DNA from: Candidatus Versatilivorator sp.
GTDB lineage: Bacteria; Acidobacteriota; Terriglobia; Versatilivoradales; Versatilivoraceae
Length of the DNA stretch: 64,000 nt
Direction of reading: 5' to 3'
Assembly: GCA_965207735.1 (NCBI GenBank)
Contig: OZ242296.1
Span: 64,001-128,000 of the forward strand
Shown: in pieces, positions 18,219-28,749 of the stretch
Layout: each line of letters begins with the position of its first letter
Numbering within the stretch: the first letter of the stretch is position 1
Notes under the pieces: model-generated
Databases searched by the model: none
Seen by the model: only the letters and a program-made list of their open reading frames with translations
Told to the model about the DNA's origin: nothing
Position numbers and translations under genes: made by a program

Positions 18219-20428
18219 CAGTTCTCTCCGGTCCGAGAGGATTCCGCCCCCTCCAGGCCGGCCAGGTCCATCTTCAGGTTGTGGACCAGGAAACCCCACT
18301 GATCGGCCACTTCCTCGATGACCTTGCCGGTGGGCTTGCCGGCTCCGTGGCCGGCCTGGGTCTCGATCCGGATGAGCACCGGCGCCGCGCCCGACTGGGC
18401 GGCCTGCAGGGCGGCGGCGAACTTGTAGCTGTGGGCCGGCACCACCCGGTCATCGTGGTCGGCGGTGGTGATGAGCGTGGGCGGGTAGCGGGTGCCAGGT
18501 CGAAGGTTGTGAAGCGGAGAGTAGGCCAGCAGCGCCTTGAATTGCCGGGCATCCTCCGAGGAGCCGTAGTCGGATACCCAGGCCCATCCTATGGTGAATT
18601 TCTGGAAACGCAGCATGTCCAACACCCCGACCGCCGGCAGAGCGGCGCCGAACAGTTCCGGTCGTTGGGTCATGACGGCTCCCACCAGCAGACCGCCGTT
18701 GCTGCGCCCGCCGATGGCCAATTGGGAAGGACGGGTGTATTCATGCCGGATCAGCCATTCGGCAGCCGCAATGAAGTCATCGAAAACGTTCTGCTTGTTT
18801 TCCTTGGTCCCGGCCCGGTGCCACTCCTCTCCGTACTCGCCTCCGCCCCGCAGGTTGGGGACCGCCAACAGACCCCCCAGTTCCAGCCAGACCAGGTTGG
18901 CGACGGAGAAGTAAGGGGTCAGGGAGATGTTGAAGCCCCCGTAGCCGTACAGGTAGGTTGGGTGCGTCTGTTCCCGCGAGAGGTCCTTGCGGTGAGTCAG
19001 GAACATCGGGACTCGGGTCCCGTCCCTGCTCCGGTAGAAGACCTGCCGGGTCTCATAGTCTCGGGCGTCGAAGTCGACGCTCGGCTCCCGGAACAAGCGG
19101 CGCTTACCCGATGCGAGGTCCTGGTGGAAAATGGTCAGAGGAGTGGTGAATCCGGCGAAGCCGAAGAAGGTTTCCGTATCTCCTTTCCTGCCGTCGAAGC
19201 CGGTGACGGTGCCGAGCCCGGGAAGCTCGATGGTCCCGGCGGACTGCCCCTCGAGCCCAAAGAGCCGCACCGTGGAGTAGGCGTCCTTGAGGTAGGTGGC
19301 GATGAACCGGTGATCGATCAGGCTCACCTGTTCCAGCGTCTCGGCCGATTCCGGTATGACTTCCCTCCAGTGTGATCGGTCCGGCCGTTGAACGTCCACC
19401 GCAATCACCCGACCGCGCGGGGCCTCCAGGTCGGTGTGGAACCAGAAATGGGAACCGTCGTTGCCGATGAAGCGGTAGGACGCGTCGAAGTCGTCCAGCA
19501 GGGGGACGACCTCAGAGGCTGTGCCGTCAAGGGGCTGGATATAGACGCGATTTCGCCTGTCGGTGCCTTTCCATACGTGGATGACCAGATAGTTCCCGTC
19601 CTCGGTGACCAGAGGACTGAAGCCCCACTCCTTCCGATCGGGGCGCTCGTAGACCAGCACATCCTCCGATTGAGGCCTGCCGATCCGATGGTAGTAGAGT
19701 TTCTGATGGTAGTGGGTGTCGGTCGCACCGGGAGTTCCCTTGGGTTCGTTGTAGCGGCTGTAGTAGAATCCCCGATTGTCATCGTCCCATGAGGCGCCGG
19801 AAAACTTGATCCAACGCAGTGTCTCCTTCAAGTCCTTGCCTGTCGAGACCTCTCGAATCTTCCATTCCATCCAATCCGAACCGGAGGTTGAGAGACCGTA
19901 GGCCATGAATCTGCCATCAGGGCTGATGGAATAGTTGGCCAGGGCGATGGTCCCTTGAGCGGACAGCCGGTTGGGGTCCAAGAGCACCCGGGGCTTTCCG
20001 GTCAGGCTGGGAACCGTATAGAGCACGCTTTGGTTCTGGAGGCCGTCGTTCTTTCGGTAAAAATAGCGGCCGCCTTCCTTGTGGGGCACGCCGTAGCGTT
20101 CGTAGTTCCACAGCCGCTCCAGCTTTCTCCTGATTGGCGCCCGCTGAGGAATTTTGCCGAGGTATCGGAAAGTCAGAGAGTTTTGGGCCTGAATCCAGGA
20201 ACGAGTTTCTTCCGAATCGGGGTTTTCGAGCCAGCGATAGGGATCCGGGACGTCGATGCCGTGGTAGTGGTCCACCCGATCGGCTTTCCTGGCCTCGGGG
20301 TAGGCAAGGGAGCGACGTTCGGGAGAGGGTCCCGAGGAATGGGCTCGGGTCTGCTTGATCCCCGCCGCCAGCCATCCCAGGGACAGCGCTACCGTCAAGA
20401 CAACAACGAGGGGGAGCTCGTGTTTCAT
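18218..20428 (-). CDS. Prolyl oligopeptidase (S9A), exported
   Basis: DPYRWLE, YGYGGF, GRSNGGLL, DDRV, AGHGAGK; signal peptide. Confidence 0.95.
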   Translation of the reverse strand: MKHELPLVVVLTVALSLGWLAAGIKQTRAHSSGPSPERRSLAYPEARKADRVDHYHGIDVPDPYRWLENPDSEETRSWIQAQNSLTFRYLGKIPQRAPIRRKLERLWNYERYGVPHKEGGRYFYRKNDGLQNQSVLYTVPSLTGKPRVLLDPNRLSAQGTIALANYSISPDGRFMAYGLSTSGSDWMEWKIREVSTGKDLKETLRWIKFSGASWDDDNRGFYYSRYNEPKGTPGATDTHYHQKLYYHRIGRPQSEDVLVYERPDRKEWGFSPLVTEDGNYLVIHVWKGTDRRNRVYIQPLDGTASEVVPLLDDFDASYRFIGNDGSHFWFHTDLEAPRGRVIAVDVQRPDRSHWREVIPESAETLEQVSLIDHRFIATYLKDAYSTVRLFGLEGQSAGTIELPGLGTVTGFDGRKGDTETFFGFAGFTTPLTIFHQDLASGKRRLFREPSVDFDARDYETRQVFYRSRDGTRVPMFLTHRKDLSREQTHPTYLYGYGGFNISLTPYFSVANLVWLELGGLLAVPNLRGGGEYGEEWHRAGTKENKQNVFDDFIAAAEWLIRHEYTRPSQLAIGGRSNGGLLVGAVMTQRPELFGAALPAVGVLDMLRFQKFTIGWAWVSDYGSSEDARQFKALLAYSPLHNLRPGTRYPPTLITTADHDDRVVPAHSYKFAAALQAAQSGAAPVLIRIETQAGHGAGKPTGKVIEEVADQWGFLVHNLKMDLAGLEGAESSRTGEN

Positions 20429-20565
20429 GGGAAATCCTGCAATTCGGAAGGTATGTGGTCCGTCTGGTTGGGGCCGGTTCAAGGTTGCGGACGCGCCGCC
20501 GGCGCCGGGACCTCCGACTAAAATACAGCAGGGTTCGTCAGAGGGCAATGGGCGTTCAAAACCCC

Positions 20566-20723
20566 GAAGTGGAGAGTGGAGAGTGAAGAGTAGTCAGCGG
20601 AGTGTTTCGTGAACCGGCAAGCGCCTGATGACCTGGTTGAGCTTTTTTGAACGGCTGCATCGAGATCGACAAGATGCTTTAGGTGCCGACCAAATCACTC
20701 TCCACTCTCCACTATTCACTCTT
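20566..20723. repeat. ~160-bp element with inverted heptamer-array arms, copy 1
   Basis: (RAGAGTG)n ... core ... (CACTCTY)n; the core matches 48762-48932. Confidence 0.8.
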
Positions 20724-20803
20724 CCCCTACCCGCACAACCTTCTCATACGAGGGAGCGGCTCACACAGGGTGAACCAGGAGTGTTTCAAGGCGGGGTGTT
20801 TCA

Positions 20804-21565
20804 GTGTCACCAGTGATTCTGGCTGTCAAAAACCTTAGCAAGAGTTATGGAGAGCTGGTTGCCGTCGATCGGGTCAGCTTTTCGGTCCATCGCCAGGAAA
20901 TCTTCGGCATCCTGGGTCCCAACGGCGCTGGAAAGACCTCCACCCTGGAAATGATTGAAACGCTGAGGCCCATTGACACCGGGACGGTCATGCTGGATGG
21001 ACTGGACGTCAAAAAGCACCCCCGGCAGGTTCAGCAACGAATTGGCGTTCAACTCCAGGCGGCTTCCTTTTTCGAGAAACTCAATCTGAAGGAGTTGCTG
21101 CTGCTGTTCGGCGAACTCTACGGCCGGCCGGTCGATCCGGTGAAACTGTTGGGAGAGGTGGATCTGCAGGATCGCGCCAAGGCCCAGGTGGCCCAGCTTT
21201 CGGGGGGGCAGCAACAGCGTTTCTCCGTAGCGGCGGCCTTGGTGAACGATCCGCTGCTGCTGTTTCTGGACGAGCCGACCACCGGACTGGACCCCCAGGC
21301 TCGAAGACACCTCTGGGGGGTGATTCGCCGAATTCGTTCCGAAGGCAAGACGGTGGTCCTGACGACGCATTACATGGAGGAGGCCGAGGAATTGTGCGAT
21401 CGAGTGGCCATCATGGACCGGGGCAGGATTGTCGCCGACGCCCCTCCCCAGAAGCTCATCGGCGACCTCTTGGCGTCCGGATTCACGAAGGCACGGGTGG
21501 AGAGGCTGGCCAACCTGGAAGACGTCTTTCTCCACCTCACCGGCCACGCCTTGCAAGAAGATTGA
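20804..21565 (+). CDS. ABC-2 exporter ATP-binding protein
   Basis: GPNGAGKT, LSGGQ, LDEPTTGLDP, TTHYMEEAE. Confidence 0.95.
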   Translation: MSPVILAVKNLSKSYGELVAVDRVSFSVHRQEIFGILGPNGAGKTSTLEMIETLRPIDTGTVMLDGLDVKKHPRQVQQRIGVQLQAASFFEKLNLKELLLLFGELYGRPVDPVKLLGEVDLQDRAKAQVAQLSGGQQQRFSVAAALVNDPLLLFLDEPTTGLDPQARRHLWGVIRRIRSEGKTVVLTTHYMEEAEELCDRVAIMDRGRIVADAPPQKLIGDLLASGFTKARVERLANLEDVFLHLTGHALQED

Positions 21566-21668
21566 ATCGGGAATTTGGCCCGGCCCGTGCCCGGGTCGAT
21601 GGAATTTCGGAAGCGGCAACTGGAAATCCGGCGATTCCGCTACACTCCGCAACCGGCGGTGACAAACT

Positions 21669-22736
21669 ATGCGGCTGCGATGGAAATTGACGGTGGCGTC
21701 TCTGAAGATGTTCACCCGACAGAAGGAAGCCATCATCTGGACCATGTTGCTGCCGCTCTTCATGGTCTTTCTGTTCGGATTTGTCAGCTTCGAGGGACTG
21801 GAACCGATTCGGATCGGAGTGGCCGGTGCGAAGGACGAGCAGGCCGGCCGGTTGGTCGGGAGGCTTGGGGAGGTTCGGACGGTTCAGGTCACGCGCGGAG
21901 AGGAAAGCTCGGAGTTGGCGCAGCTCAAGGCCGGCAAGCGGCATCTGATTCTGGTCCTTCCCGAGGAGTTCGATCCCGCCGGGGGCTCGGAGCTGAGAGT
22001 CCTGGTCAATGACGGCAAGCCCGAGGAAACCCAATTGGGCCTGGTGATCCTGCGCAAGGTGCTGGACGATGCAACTTTCGGGATGCATTCGGCGCCGGAG
22101 CGAATTCCAATGACCGTCCGATCGGTAGCCAGCCGCCGATCGAGCTATATCGACTTCCTGCTTCCCGGCGTGCTGTCCCTGGCCATTATGCAGAGCGGCA
22201 TTTTCGGAGTGGCCTTCGGATTCGTTTCGCTCCGAAGACGGGGAGTGCTTCGCCGCCTCTCGGTGACTCCCATGAGACCCCAGGACTTCATTGCGGCCCA
22301 GGTGACGATGCGGCTGATGGTCCTGCTGGCGCAGATCGTTGTCCTGGTCGGGGTGGGGATTGTCTTCTTCGACCTGCAGTTCATGGGAAGCCTGCTGGAT
22401 CTTTTCGCCATGGGCCTGTTGGGCGGGGTCGTGTTCCTGGCCATAGGCTTTTTCCTGGCAGGAATCGCCAAAACGGAAGATCAGGTGGTCCCCCTGGCCA
22501 ACGTGGTTTCGCTCCCCATGATGCTTCTCTCGGGGGTATTCTTCAGCCGCTCCAATCTGCCCGAGCCGGTTCGGCTGGTCACCGAGTTCTTTCCCCTCAC
22601 CTACTTGGCCGACGGCATGCGAAGCATCGTGCTGGAAGGCTCGACTCTCTCGACCCATTGGCTCCAGTTGGGCGGCTTGGGATTGTGGAGCATCGTCGCT
22701 GTCTGGCTGGCGGTGAAGGTCTTTCGATGGGAGTAA
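21669..22736 (+). CDS. ABC-2 exporter permease
   Basis: YIDFLLPG, LSGVFF, PLTYLADGMR, FRWE end. Confidence 0.92.
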   Translation: MRLRWKLTVASLKMFTRQKEAIIWTMLLPLFMVFLFGFVSFEGLEPIRIGVAGAKDEQAGRLVGRLGEVRTVQVTRGEESSELAQLKAGKRHLILVLPEEFDPAGGSELRVLVNDGKPEETQLGLVILRKVLDDATFGMHSAPERIPMTVRSVASRRSSYIDFLLPGVLSLAIMQSGIFGVAFGFVSLRRRGVLRRLSVTPMRPQDFIAAQVTMRLMVLLAQIVVLVGVGIVFFDLQFMGSLLDLFAMGLLGGVVFLAIGFFLAGIAKTEDQVVPLANVVSLPMMLLSGVFFSRSNLPEPVRLVTEFFPLTYLADGMRSIVLEGSTLSTHWLQLGGLGLWSIVAVWLAVKVFRWE

Positions 22737-22775
22737 CCCCGTTGCTCCCCAGGCCGAGCCCGTAATTTCCCCTTC

Positions 22776-23999
22776 ATGGACTTGCTTTTCCTGCTTCTTG
22801 CCGGCGTGGTTCTCCTCAAGGGCTTGCTGGGTGTGCTGCACAGCCTGAGCTACCAGCGTTACCTCGACCGACAGCTGTCCCGAACACCACCTGCCTGGAT
22901 GCCTCCCGCCTCCGTGATCGTTCCCTGCAAGGGGAGCGAATTCGAACTGCGCGAGAACGTGGAAGCCATCCTGGATCAGGAGTTCGAAGACTACGAAGTC
23001 ATCTTTGTGACCGCCACCGAGGCCGATCCCTCGCTGGTGGCGCTCCGCCAGGCGGCGCGGAAATTTCTCGACCGGCGGGTCAAGTTCGTCGTGTCCGGAT
23101 TCTCGAGCCAGCGGGGAGAGAAGGTGCATAACCTCATGCGGGCCTTGGAAAGAGTCGATCCGGGCTCGCAGGTCCTGGTTTTCGCAGATTCGGACGGGCG
23201 CCCCCACCGGCATTGGCTTCGGGATCTCCTGTCGCCCCTGAGGGACCTCGAAACAGGAGCCTCCACCGGTTACCGGTGGTTCTTCCCCCGCGGTCGAAAC
23301 CTGGCCAGCCTTCTGCGGGCGACCTGGAACAGCTCCATAGCCACGCTGTTGGGGGGGCACCGTCACAACTTCGCCTGGGGAGGCTCGATGGCGATCCGGC
23401 GGTCGACCTTTGCGGCAGTGGACGTACCGGCTTTTTGGGAGCATTCCATCAGCGACGACTATTCCCTGACCGAGGCGGTGAACGCGGCGGGCTTGCGGAT
23501 TCACTTTGAACCTCGCTGCCTGGTTGCCTCCCATGGGGACTGCACCTGGAGAGAGCTGGTGGAATGGTCCACTCGCCAAATCATCATTACCAAGGTCTAC
23601 TCGCGAGGCCTCTGGAAGCTGGCGCTGCTTTCGGAGTGGCCCTTTGTGCTGTTCTGGTGGTGGGCGGTGGGTGAGCTGACAGTCTGGGCTCTGGGGGTCG
23701 GGGCGTTGATCCGGATCCCGTGGCTCCAGGGCGCCCCCTTGCTGCTCCTGCTGGGGGTGGTCTGGTTGCTGGGCGCCGTTCGCGGGCTCTTTCGCTGGAG
23801 AATGGTCCGCCGGATTCGACCCGAGCAGCGGGAGAGGCTCAATCGGGACTCTTGGGGATACCTGTTGCTGGGGCCGCTGGCGGCAACGCTGACCGCCTGC
23901 AACCTGGCGGTCTCCCTGTTCACCTCCACCATCGTGTGGCGCCGGGTTCGCTACGAAATGGTGTCCAGCCGCGAGGTGCGGGTGGTTCGGGATGGTTGA
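22776..23999 (+). CDS. Membrane glycosyltransferase (GT2/GT21, ceramide glucosyltransferase/HpnI-like)
   Basis: IVPCKG, EKVHN, FADSD, WGGSMA, SDDY, W..RQ. Confidence 0.8.
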   Translation: MDLLFLLLAGVVLLKGLLGVLHSLSYQRYLDRQLSRTPPAWMPPASVIVPCKGSEFELRENVEAILDQEFEDYEVIFVTATEADPSLVALRQAARKFLDRRVKFVVSGFSSQRGEKVHNLMRALERVDPGSQVLVFADSDGRPHRHWLRDLLSPLRDLETGASTGYRWFFPRGRNLASLLRATWNSSIATLLGGHRHNFAWGGSMAIRRSTFAAVDVPAFWEHSISDDYSLTEAVNAAGLRIHFEPRCLVASHGDCTWRELVEWSTRQIIITKVYSRGLWKLALLSEWPFVLFWWWAVGELTVWALGVGALIRIPWLQGAPLLLLLGVVWLLGAVRGLFRWRMVRRIRPEQRERLNRDSWGYLLLGPLAATLTACNLAVSLFTSTIVWRRVRYEMVSSREVRVVRDG

Positions 24000-25057
24000 T
24001 CCGGGGACAGATGCAGTTGGCCGCAGGCGGCATGAATGTCCATTCCCCTGGGTCTCCGGACATAAGCAGGCAAGCCCTTACTCGTGAGAATCTCCCGAAA
24101 GCGGTTCACCCGCTTGGGGGACGAGGGTCTCAATCCGTTGGCATTGCCGGGGTTCAGGGGAAGGAGATTGACCTTCGAGCGGAGGTGAGCCAGCAGTTTG
24201 ACCAGGCGCCGGGCATCGTCGTCGCTGTCATTGACCCCGGCCATGAGGACATATTCAAACGTGACTCGTTGGTTTCCCTTGAGAGGAAAATCGGCGCAGG
24301 CCTGCAGGATCGTGTCGATGGGATACTTTCGGTTGATGGGCATCAACCGGTCACGCACCTCATCGGTGGTGGCGGAAAGCGAGACGGCCAGGTTGGGCAA
24401 TACGGGAGCCTGAGCCAGCTCCCTCATCTGGGGGGCCAACCCCACCGTCGACAGTGTGATCCTGCGGGGAGAAAGCGCCAGCCCCAGAGGATCGGCCATT
24501 ATGGAAAGGGATTTGAGGACGTTCTCGAGATTGAGCAGCGGCTCCCCCATTCCCATCAGCACCAGGTTTGTGAGCGCCGGACCGCTGCCGCTTGCCACGG
24601 AAACGACTTCAAGGTTCTTGTCACCAAGCACGTAGAGGACCTGTCCCAGGATCTCCGCCGGGCTGAGGTTGCGCTTGAACCCCAGCATGGCTGTCAAGCA
24701 GAAGCGGCAATCCAGGGGGCAGCCGGCCTGGGTCGAAATACAGAGGGTATTGCGCTTCCGCTCCGGGATCAAGACACACTCGATCTTCGCCCCGTCGCCC
24801 AGTTCCAGCAGGTATTTCTCGGTGCCGTCGGCGGCTCGCTGACGCCGTTGGAGCCGGGGCAGAGTGATGGTGCAGTTCGCGAGCTTCCGCCGCAGGTCCT
24901 TGGAGAGTTCGGTCATCGATCCCGGATCCAGTTGCCTCCGGCGGTAGAGGGCTCCATAGAGCTGTCGTCCATGGAAGGGTTCCTCCCCCCAATCGACCAT
25001 CATGGCAGCCAGTTCTGCCGGGGTCAGTCCCAGAAGCTCGCCCCTGGAAGCATCCAT
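23951..25057 (-). CDS. rlmN: 23S rRNA m2A2503 radical SAM methyltransferase
   Basis: CISTQAGCPLDCRFC, MGMGEPL, EYVL, AACGQL. Confidence 0.95.
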   Translation of the reverse strand: MDASRGELLGLTPAELAAMMVDWGEEPFHGRQLYGALYRRRQLDPGSMTELSKDLRRKLANCTITLPRLQRRQRAADGTEKYLLELGDGAKIECVLIPERKRNTLCISTQAGCPLDCRFCLTAMLGFKRNLSPAEILGQVLYVLGDKNLEVVSVASGSGPALTNLVLMGMGEPLLNLENVLKSLSIMADPLGLALSPRRITLSTVGLAPQMRELAQAPVLPNLAVSLSATTDEVRDRLMPINRKYPIDTILQACADFPLKGNQRVTFEYVLMAGVNDSDDDARRLVKLLAHLRSKVNLLPLNPGNANGLRPSSPKRVNRFREILTSKGLPAYVRRPRGMDIHAACGQLHLSPDQPSRTTRTSRLDTIS

Positions 25058-25295
25058 TGCTAGAAGTCTCCTGTTTTCAACTGCTTCAAGCTTGAATGAG
25101 GATCATAACAGAGGCATTGCCGGGAGCGCAATCGGCGCTCGCACCCGGGTGCGGCAATTTGGTTCGGGAGGGGTTCGATGCTATATTTTGCACTTGATTT
25201 CAAACCTTGGTTCACGGCGTGAAGCGCCCGGGGTTTTTGACCCCGACGGGTGAGGCAAGCCCACCTGAAGGCGGGCCTGCCGCGTCGGAGGTGTT

Positions 25296-26447
25296 ATGGA
25301 CGGAAACCTGCGTTTCCGGCGTCTGCGGTTGCGGAATTGGCGAAACTTCACCAGCATCGAGGTTGCCATCCCGGACCGTCTATGTCTCATTGGCCCCAAC
25401 GCGTCAGGGAAATCCAATTTTCTGGATGTATTCCGTTTCCTGAGGGACTTGGCTGTGCCGGGTGGTGGCTTTCAGGCGGCCGTGGCTCGACGGGGCGGGG
25501 TGAGCACCATCCGCTGCCTGGCGGCCCGCAGGCAGTCGGAGGTCGAGATCGGAGTGGAATTGTCCGAGGGGAAGGGAGGGATTCAGTGGAACTACGAACT
25601 GGGCCTCACGCAGGATCGACAAAGAGGGGCCCTGGTTTGCAAGGAGCGGGTCTTGCGCGACTGCGTGGAACTGATCAAGCGTCCGGATGACGAGGACTAC
25701 GCCGACCGCGAACGTCTCACCCAGACCAGCCTGGAGCAGGCGAGCTCCAACCGGACCTTTCGTGAGTTGGCCGCCTTCTTGGCTTCCACTCGCTACCTGC
25801 ACATCGTGCCTCAGCTCATCCGCGACTCGGACCGCTCGGGGGGAGGCTCGAACGACCCTTATGGCAGCGATTTCCTGGAACAGGTGGCAGGGGTCCCGGA
25901 TCGCACCCGTAATGCGCGTCTCCGACGGATCGGGAAGGCCCTTCAGATGGCGGTTCCTCAACTGGAGGCCATCGATCTATGGCGGGATTCCCGGGGAACC
26001 CCCCATCTTCGCGGCAAGTACCGGCACTGGCGCCCCCAGGGCGCCTGGCAAACCGAAGAACAGTTCTCGGACGGTACTCTGAGGCTCATCGGCTTGTTCT
26101 GGTCGGCTATGGAGAGGGAGGGGCCCTTGTTGCTCGAGGAACCCGAACTCTCGCTCCATCCCGGCATGGTCCGAGCGCTGCCGAAGATGCTGGCCCGGGT
26201 GCAGCGCGGCACCGGAAGGCAGACCCTGTTGAGCACCCACTCGCCGGAACTGTTGCGAGACAAGAGAATTGGACTTCAGCAGGCTCTGGCCATCATTCCG
26301 GGAGCGGAGGGATCCCGAGCGATTCCCCTGGAATCGAACGGGAAAGCCCGCGAACTTCTGGAGAGCGGCTTTTCCCTTCCCAGTGACCTGGTCTCCGGGG
26401 TCGGGCCGGAGCACACGGGGCAACGTCCCCTGTTCGGGGAGGGGTAA
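25296..26447 (+). CDS. AAA_21/AbiEii-like ABC-type ATPase
   Basis: NWRNF, GPNASGKSN, SDGTLR, LLEEPELSLHP, STHS. Confidence 0.85.
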   Translation: MDGNLRFRRLRLRNWRNFTSIEVAIPDRLCLIGPNASGKSNFLDVFRFLRDLAVPGGGFQAAVARRGGVSTIRCLAARRQSEVEIGVELSEGKGGIQWNYELGLTQDRQRGALVCKERVLRDCVELIKRPDDEDYADRERLTQTSLEQASSNRTFRELAAFLASTRYLHIVPQLIRDSDRSGGGSNDPYGSDFLEQVAGVPDRTRNARLRRIGKALQMAVPQLEAIDLWRDSRGTPHLRGKYRHWRPQGAWQTEEQFSDGTLRLIGLFWSAMEREGPLLLEEPELSLHPGMVRALPKMLARVQRGTGRQTLLSTHSPELLRDKRIGLQQALAIIPGAEGSRAIPLESNGKARELLESGFSLPSDLVSGVGPEHTGQRPLFGEG

Positions 26448-26591
26448 TTCATCTCCTTGAAAACCCCTTGGGGTTGTGCTAATTTCACAGCTTAAGCAGT
26501 CACCTACGCGGCTCGACGGATTCTCCCACTGCCGCAGCCACAGTCGAGTCTTCCGGAAAAACACAGCCCACACCCCCAGGGCACGGACTCC

Positions 26592-27860
26592 ATGGAGAAT
26601 GTCAATAAGGACGTGCTGGACAATGGGCTCACCGTTCTCACCGAGCGCATGCCTCATGTCCGTTCCGTTTCCATGGGAGTCTGGGTGAAAACGGGCTCTC
26701 GCAGCGAAAGCCCTGAACTGAACGGAGTCGCCCATTTCGTGGAGCACTTGTTGTTCAAGGGCACGCGGCGGCGCACGGCCGAAGAGATTGCCAAGGAGGT
26801 CGACTCCATCGGCGGCCACCTGGACGCCTTCACGGGAAAGGAAACCGCCTGTTACAGCGCCAAGGTTCTGGATGACCATCTCTCATTGGCTTTCGACATT
26901 CTTTCGGATCTCGTCCTCAACCCCCGCTTCGATCCCGAGGAGATGGAGAGGGAACGCAGCGTGGTTCTGGAGGAGATCAAGATGGAGGAGGACACTCCGG
27001 ACGACCTGGTTTGCGAGATCTTCACCCAGAACTTCTGGAGGGACCAGCCGCTGGGACGGCCAATCCTGGGAACCAGCCGGTCGGTCAACCGCCTGGACCG
27101 GGACGGGGTGGCCGGTTTTTTCCAGGAACACTACACTCCGGACCAGCTGGTGGTCTCGGCCGCGGGCCACTTGGACCACCGCAACATCCTGGACCTGGCC
27201 GTGCAGCATTTTGGCCACCTGGAACGCCGGCCCAACGGGCGAGCTCCGGCTCCGGCCAAGCCTTGCAATTCCATCTCCTTGCGCACCAAGAAAGAGCTGG
27301 AACAGGCCCACATCTGCCTGGGCGTGCCCGGCTGCGCCCTCACCGACCGCAACCGGTTCGCGTTTTATCTCTTGAGCACCATCCTGGGCGCCGGGATGAG
27401 TTCCCGGCTTTTCCAGAACATCAGGGAAAAGCAGGGTCTGGCCTATGCCATCTACTCGGGGTTGAGTTCATTCCGGGACACCGGCTGCCTTTCGGTCTAT
27501 GCGGGAACCTCTCTCGAAAATGCCGGCAAGGTTGTCAGTTCCGTCGTGCAAGAATTCCGTGACCTCAAGGAGCATCGAGTGAAGGACGAGGAACTTCGCC
27601 GCGCCAAGGATCACTTGAAGGGGAGTCTCCTCCTGAGCCTGGAATCCAGTTCCAGCCGCATGGGCAACCTGGCCCGTCAGGAACTCTATTTCGGGGATTA
27701 CACGCCTCCCCAGCAGACGATTCTGGAAATCGATCGAGTTTCCGCGGACCAAGTTCAGGCCTTGGCTCATTCGGTGTTCGACACTCGCCAGGTGGCGCTC
27801 AGCGTGCTGGGCAACCTGGAGGGGGTCCGGTTTACGCGTGCCGACCTGGATTGCGGTTGA
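26592..27860 (+). CDS. M16 family zinc peptidase
   Basis: HFVEHLLFKGT (HxxEH), AFTGKE, SSRLFQNIREKQGLAY. Confidence 0.93.
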   Translation: MENVNKDVLDNGLTVLTERMPHVRSVSMGVWVKTGSRSESPELNGVAHFVEHLLFKGTRRRTAEEIAKEVDSIGGHLDAFTGKETACYSAKVLDDHLSLAFDILSDLVLNPRFDPEEMERERSVVLEEIKMEEDTPDDLVCEIFTQNFWRDQPLGRPILGTSRSVNRLDRDGVAGFFQEHYTPDQLVVSAAGHLDHRNILDLAVQHFGHLERRPNGRAPAPAKPCNSISLRTKKELEQAHICLGVPGCALTDRNRFAFYLLSTILGAGMSSRLFQNIREKQGLAYAIYSGLSSFRDTGCLSVYAGTSLENAGKVVSSVVQEFRDLKEHRVKDEELRRAKDHLKGSLLLSLESSSSRMGNLARQELYFGDYTPPQQTILEIDRVSADQVQALAHSVFDTRQVALSVLGNLEGVRFTRADLDCG

Positions 27861-27946
27861 GGGGTCGGCCCAGGCAAGGCCACGGAGTTCAGGGACGGTC
27901 GCAGGGAAGTGGAGAGTGAAGACAAGACAAGCCCGGCGGAGCGACA

Positions 27947-28723
27947 GTGGCGGTTAGGGTCTCAATTCTGGGCAGCGGGAGTTCCGGCAACTGCACCTTT
28001 ATTGCCACCGGAAGAGTCAAGCTGCTTCTGGATGCAGGATTCAGTCGGGCCCAGACGGCCAGGAGGCTGCTGGCCATCGGAGAATCGCTGGAAGACATCG
28101 ATGCCCTGCTCATCTCACATGAGCACACCGACCACGTCAAGGGCTTGGCCGGGCTCCTGAAGACCTGTGATATTCGCACCTTCATCGGAGATGGGACTTA
28201 CGAGGCTCTCTCAATCAAGCCGGTGCTGAAAAAGAGGGAATGCCTCAGAGCTGGAGAGTCGTTTCAGCTTGGCGATCTGAAGATAACCCCGTTTCCGGTT
28301 TCCCACGATGCTGCTGACCCCCTGGCCTTCAATCTGGAAGCCGAGGGAGTCAAGATCTCTCATGTGACGGATCTGGGCGTTCTCACCGAATTGGTGCGGC
28401 GCCGTATGGCAGGCAGCGACCTGCTGGTCCTGGAGTCGAACCATGACCTGGAAATGTTGCGCCTCAGCCCCTATCCCTGGGCGGTGAAGCAACGAATCAT
28501 GAGTCGCCATGGCCACCTTTCCAATGAGAGTGTCGGAAAGTTCTTCGAAGAGGACTTCGACGGAAAGGCCGGATACATCCTGCTGGCCCACCTGAGCGAG
28601 AACAACAACCATCCCGATATTGCGCGCATGGTCGCCCGTAAAGCTTTGGAAAAGAAAGGCTTTGAAGTCGACAACCTGATCCTGGCCTCTCGGTCCGGTC
28701 CGAGCAGGGTCATCCGATTCTAG
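27947..28723 (+). CDS. MBL-fold hydrolase (YycJ/WalJ-like)
   Basis: GSGSSGN, SHEHTDH, SHDA, TDLG, ESNHD, GHLSN, HLSENNN. Confidence 0.9.
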   Translation: MAVRVSILGSGSSGNCTFIATGRVKLLLDAGFSRAQTARRLLAIGESLEDIDALLISHEHTDHVKGLAGLLKTCDIRTFIGDGTYEALSIKPVLKKRECLRAGESFQLGDLKITPFPVSHDAADPLAFNLEAEGVKISHVTDLGVLTELVRRRMAGSDLLVLESNHDLEMLRLSPYPWAVKQRIMSRHGHLSNESVGKFFEEDFDGKAGYILLAHLSENNNHPDIARMVARKALEKKGFEVDNLILASRSGPSRVIRF

Positions 28724-28749
28724 CCCGCTTTTGAGGAGGGTTACCCACC

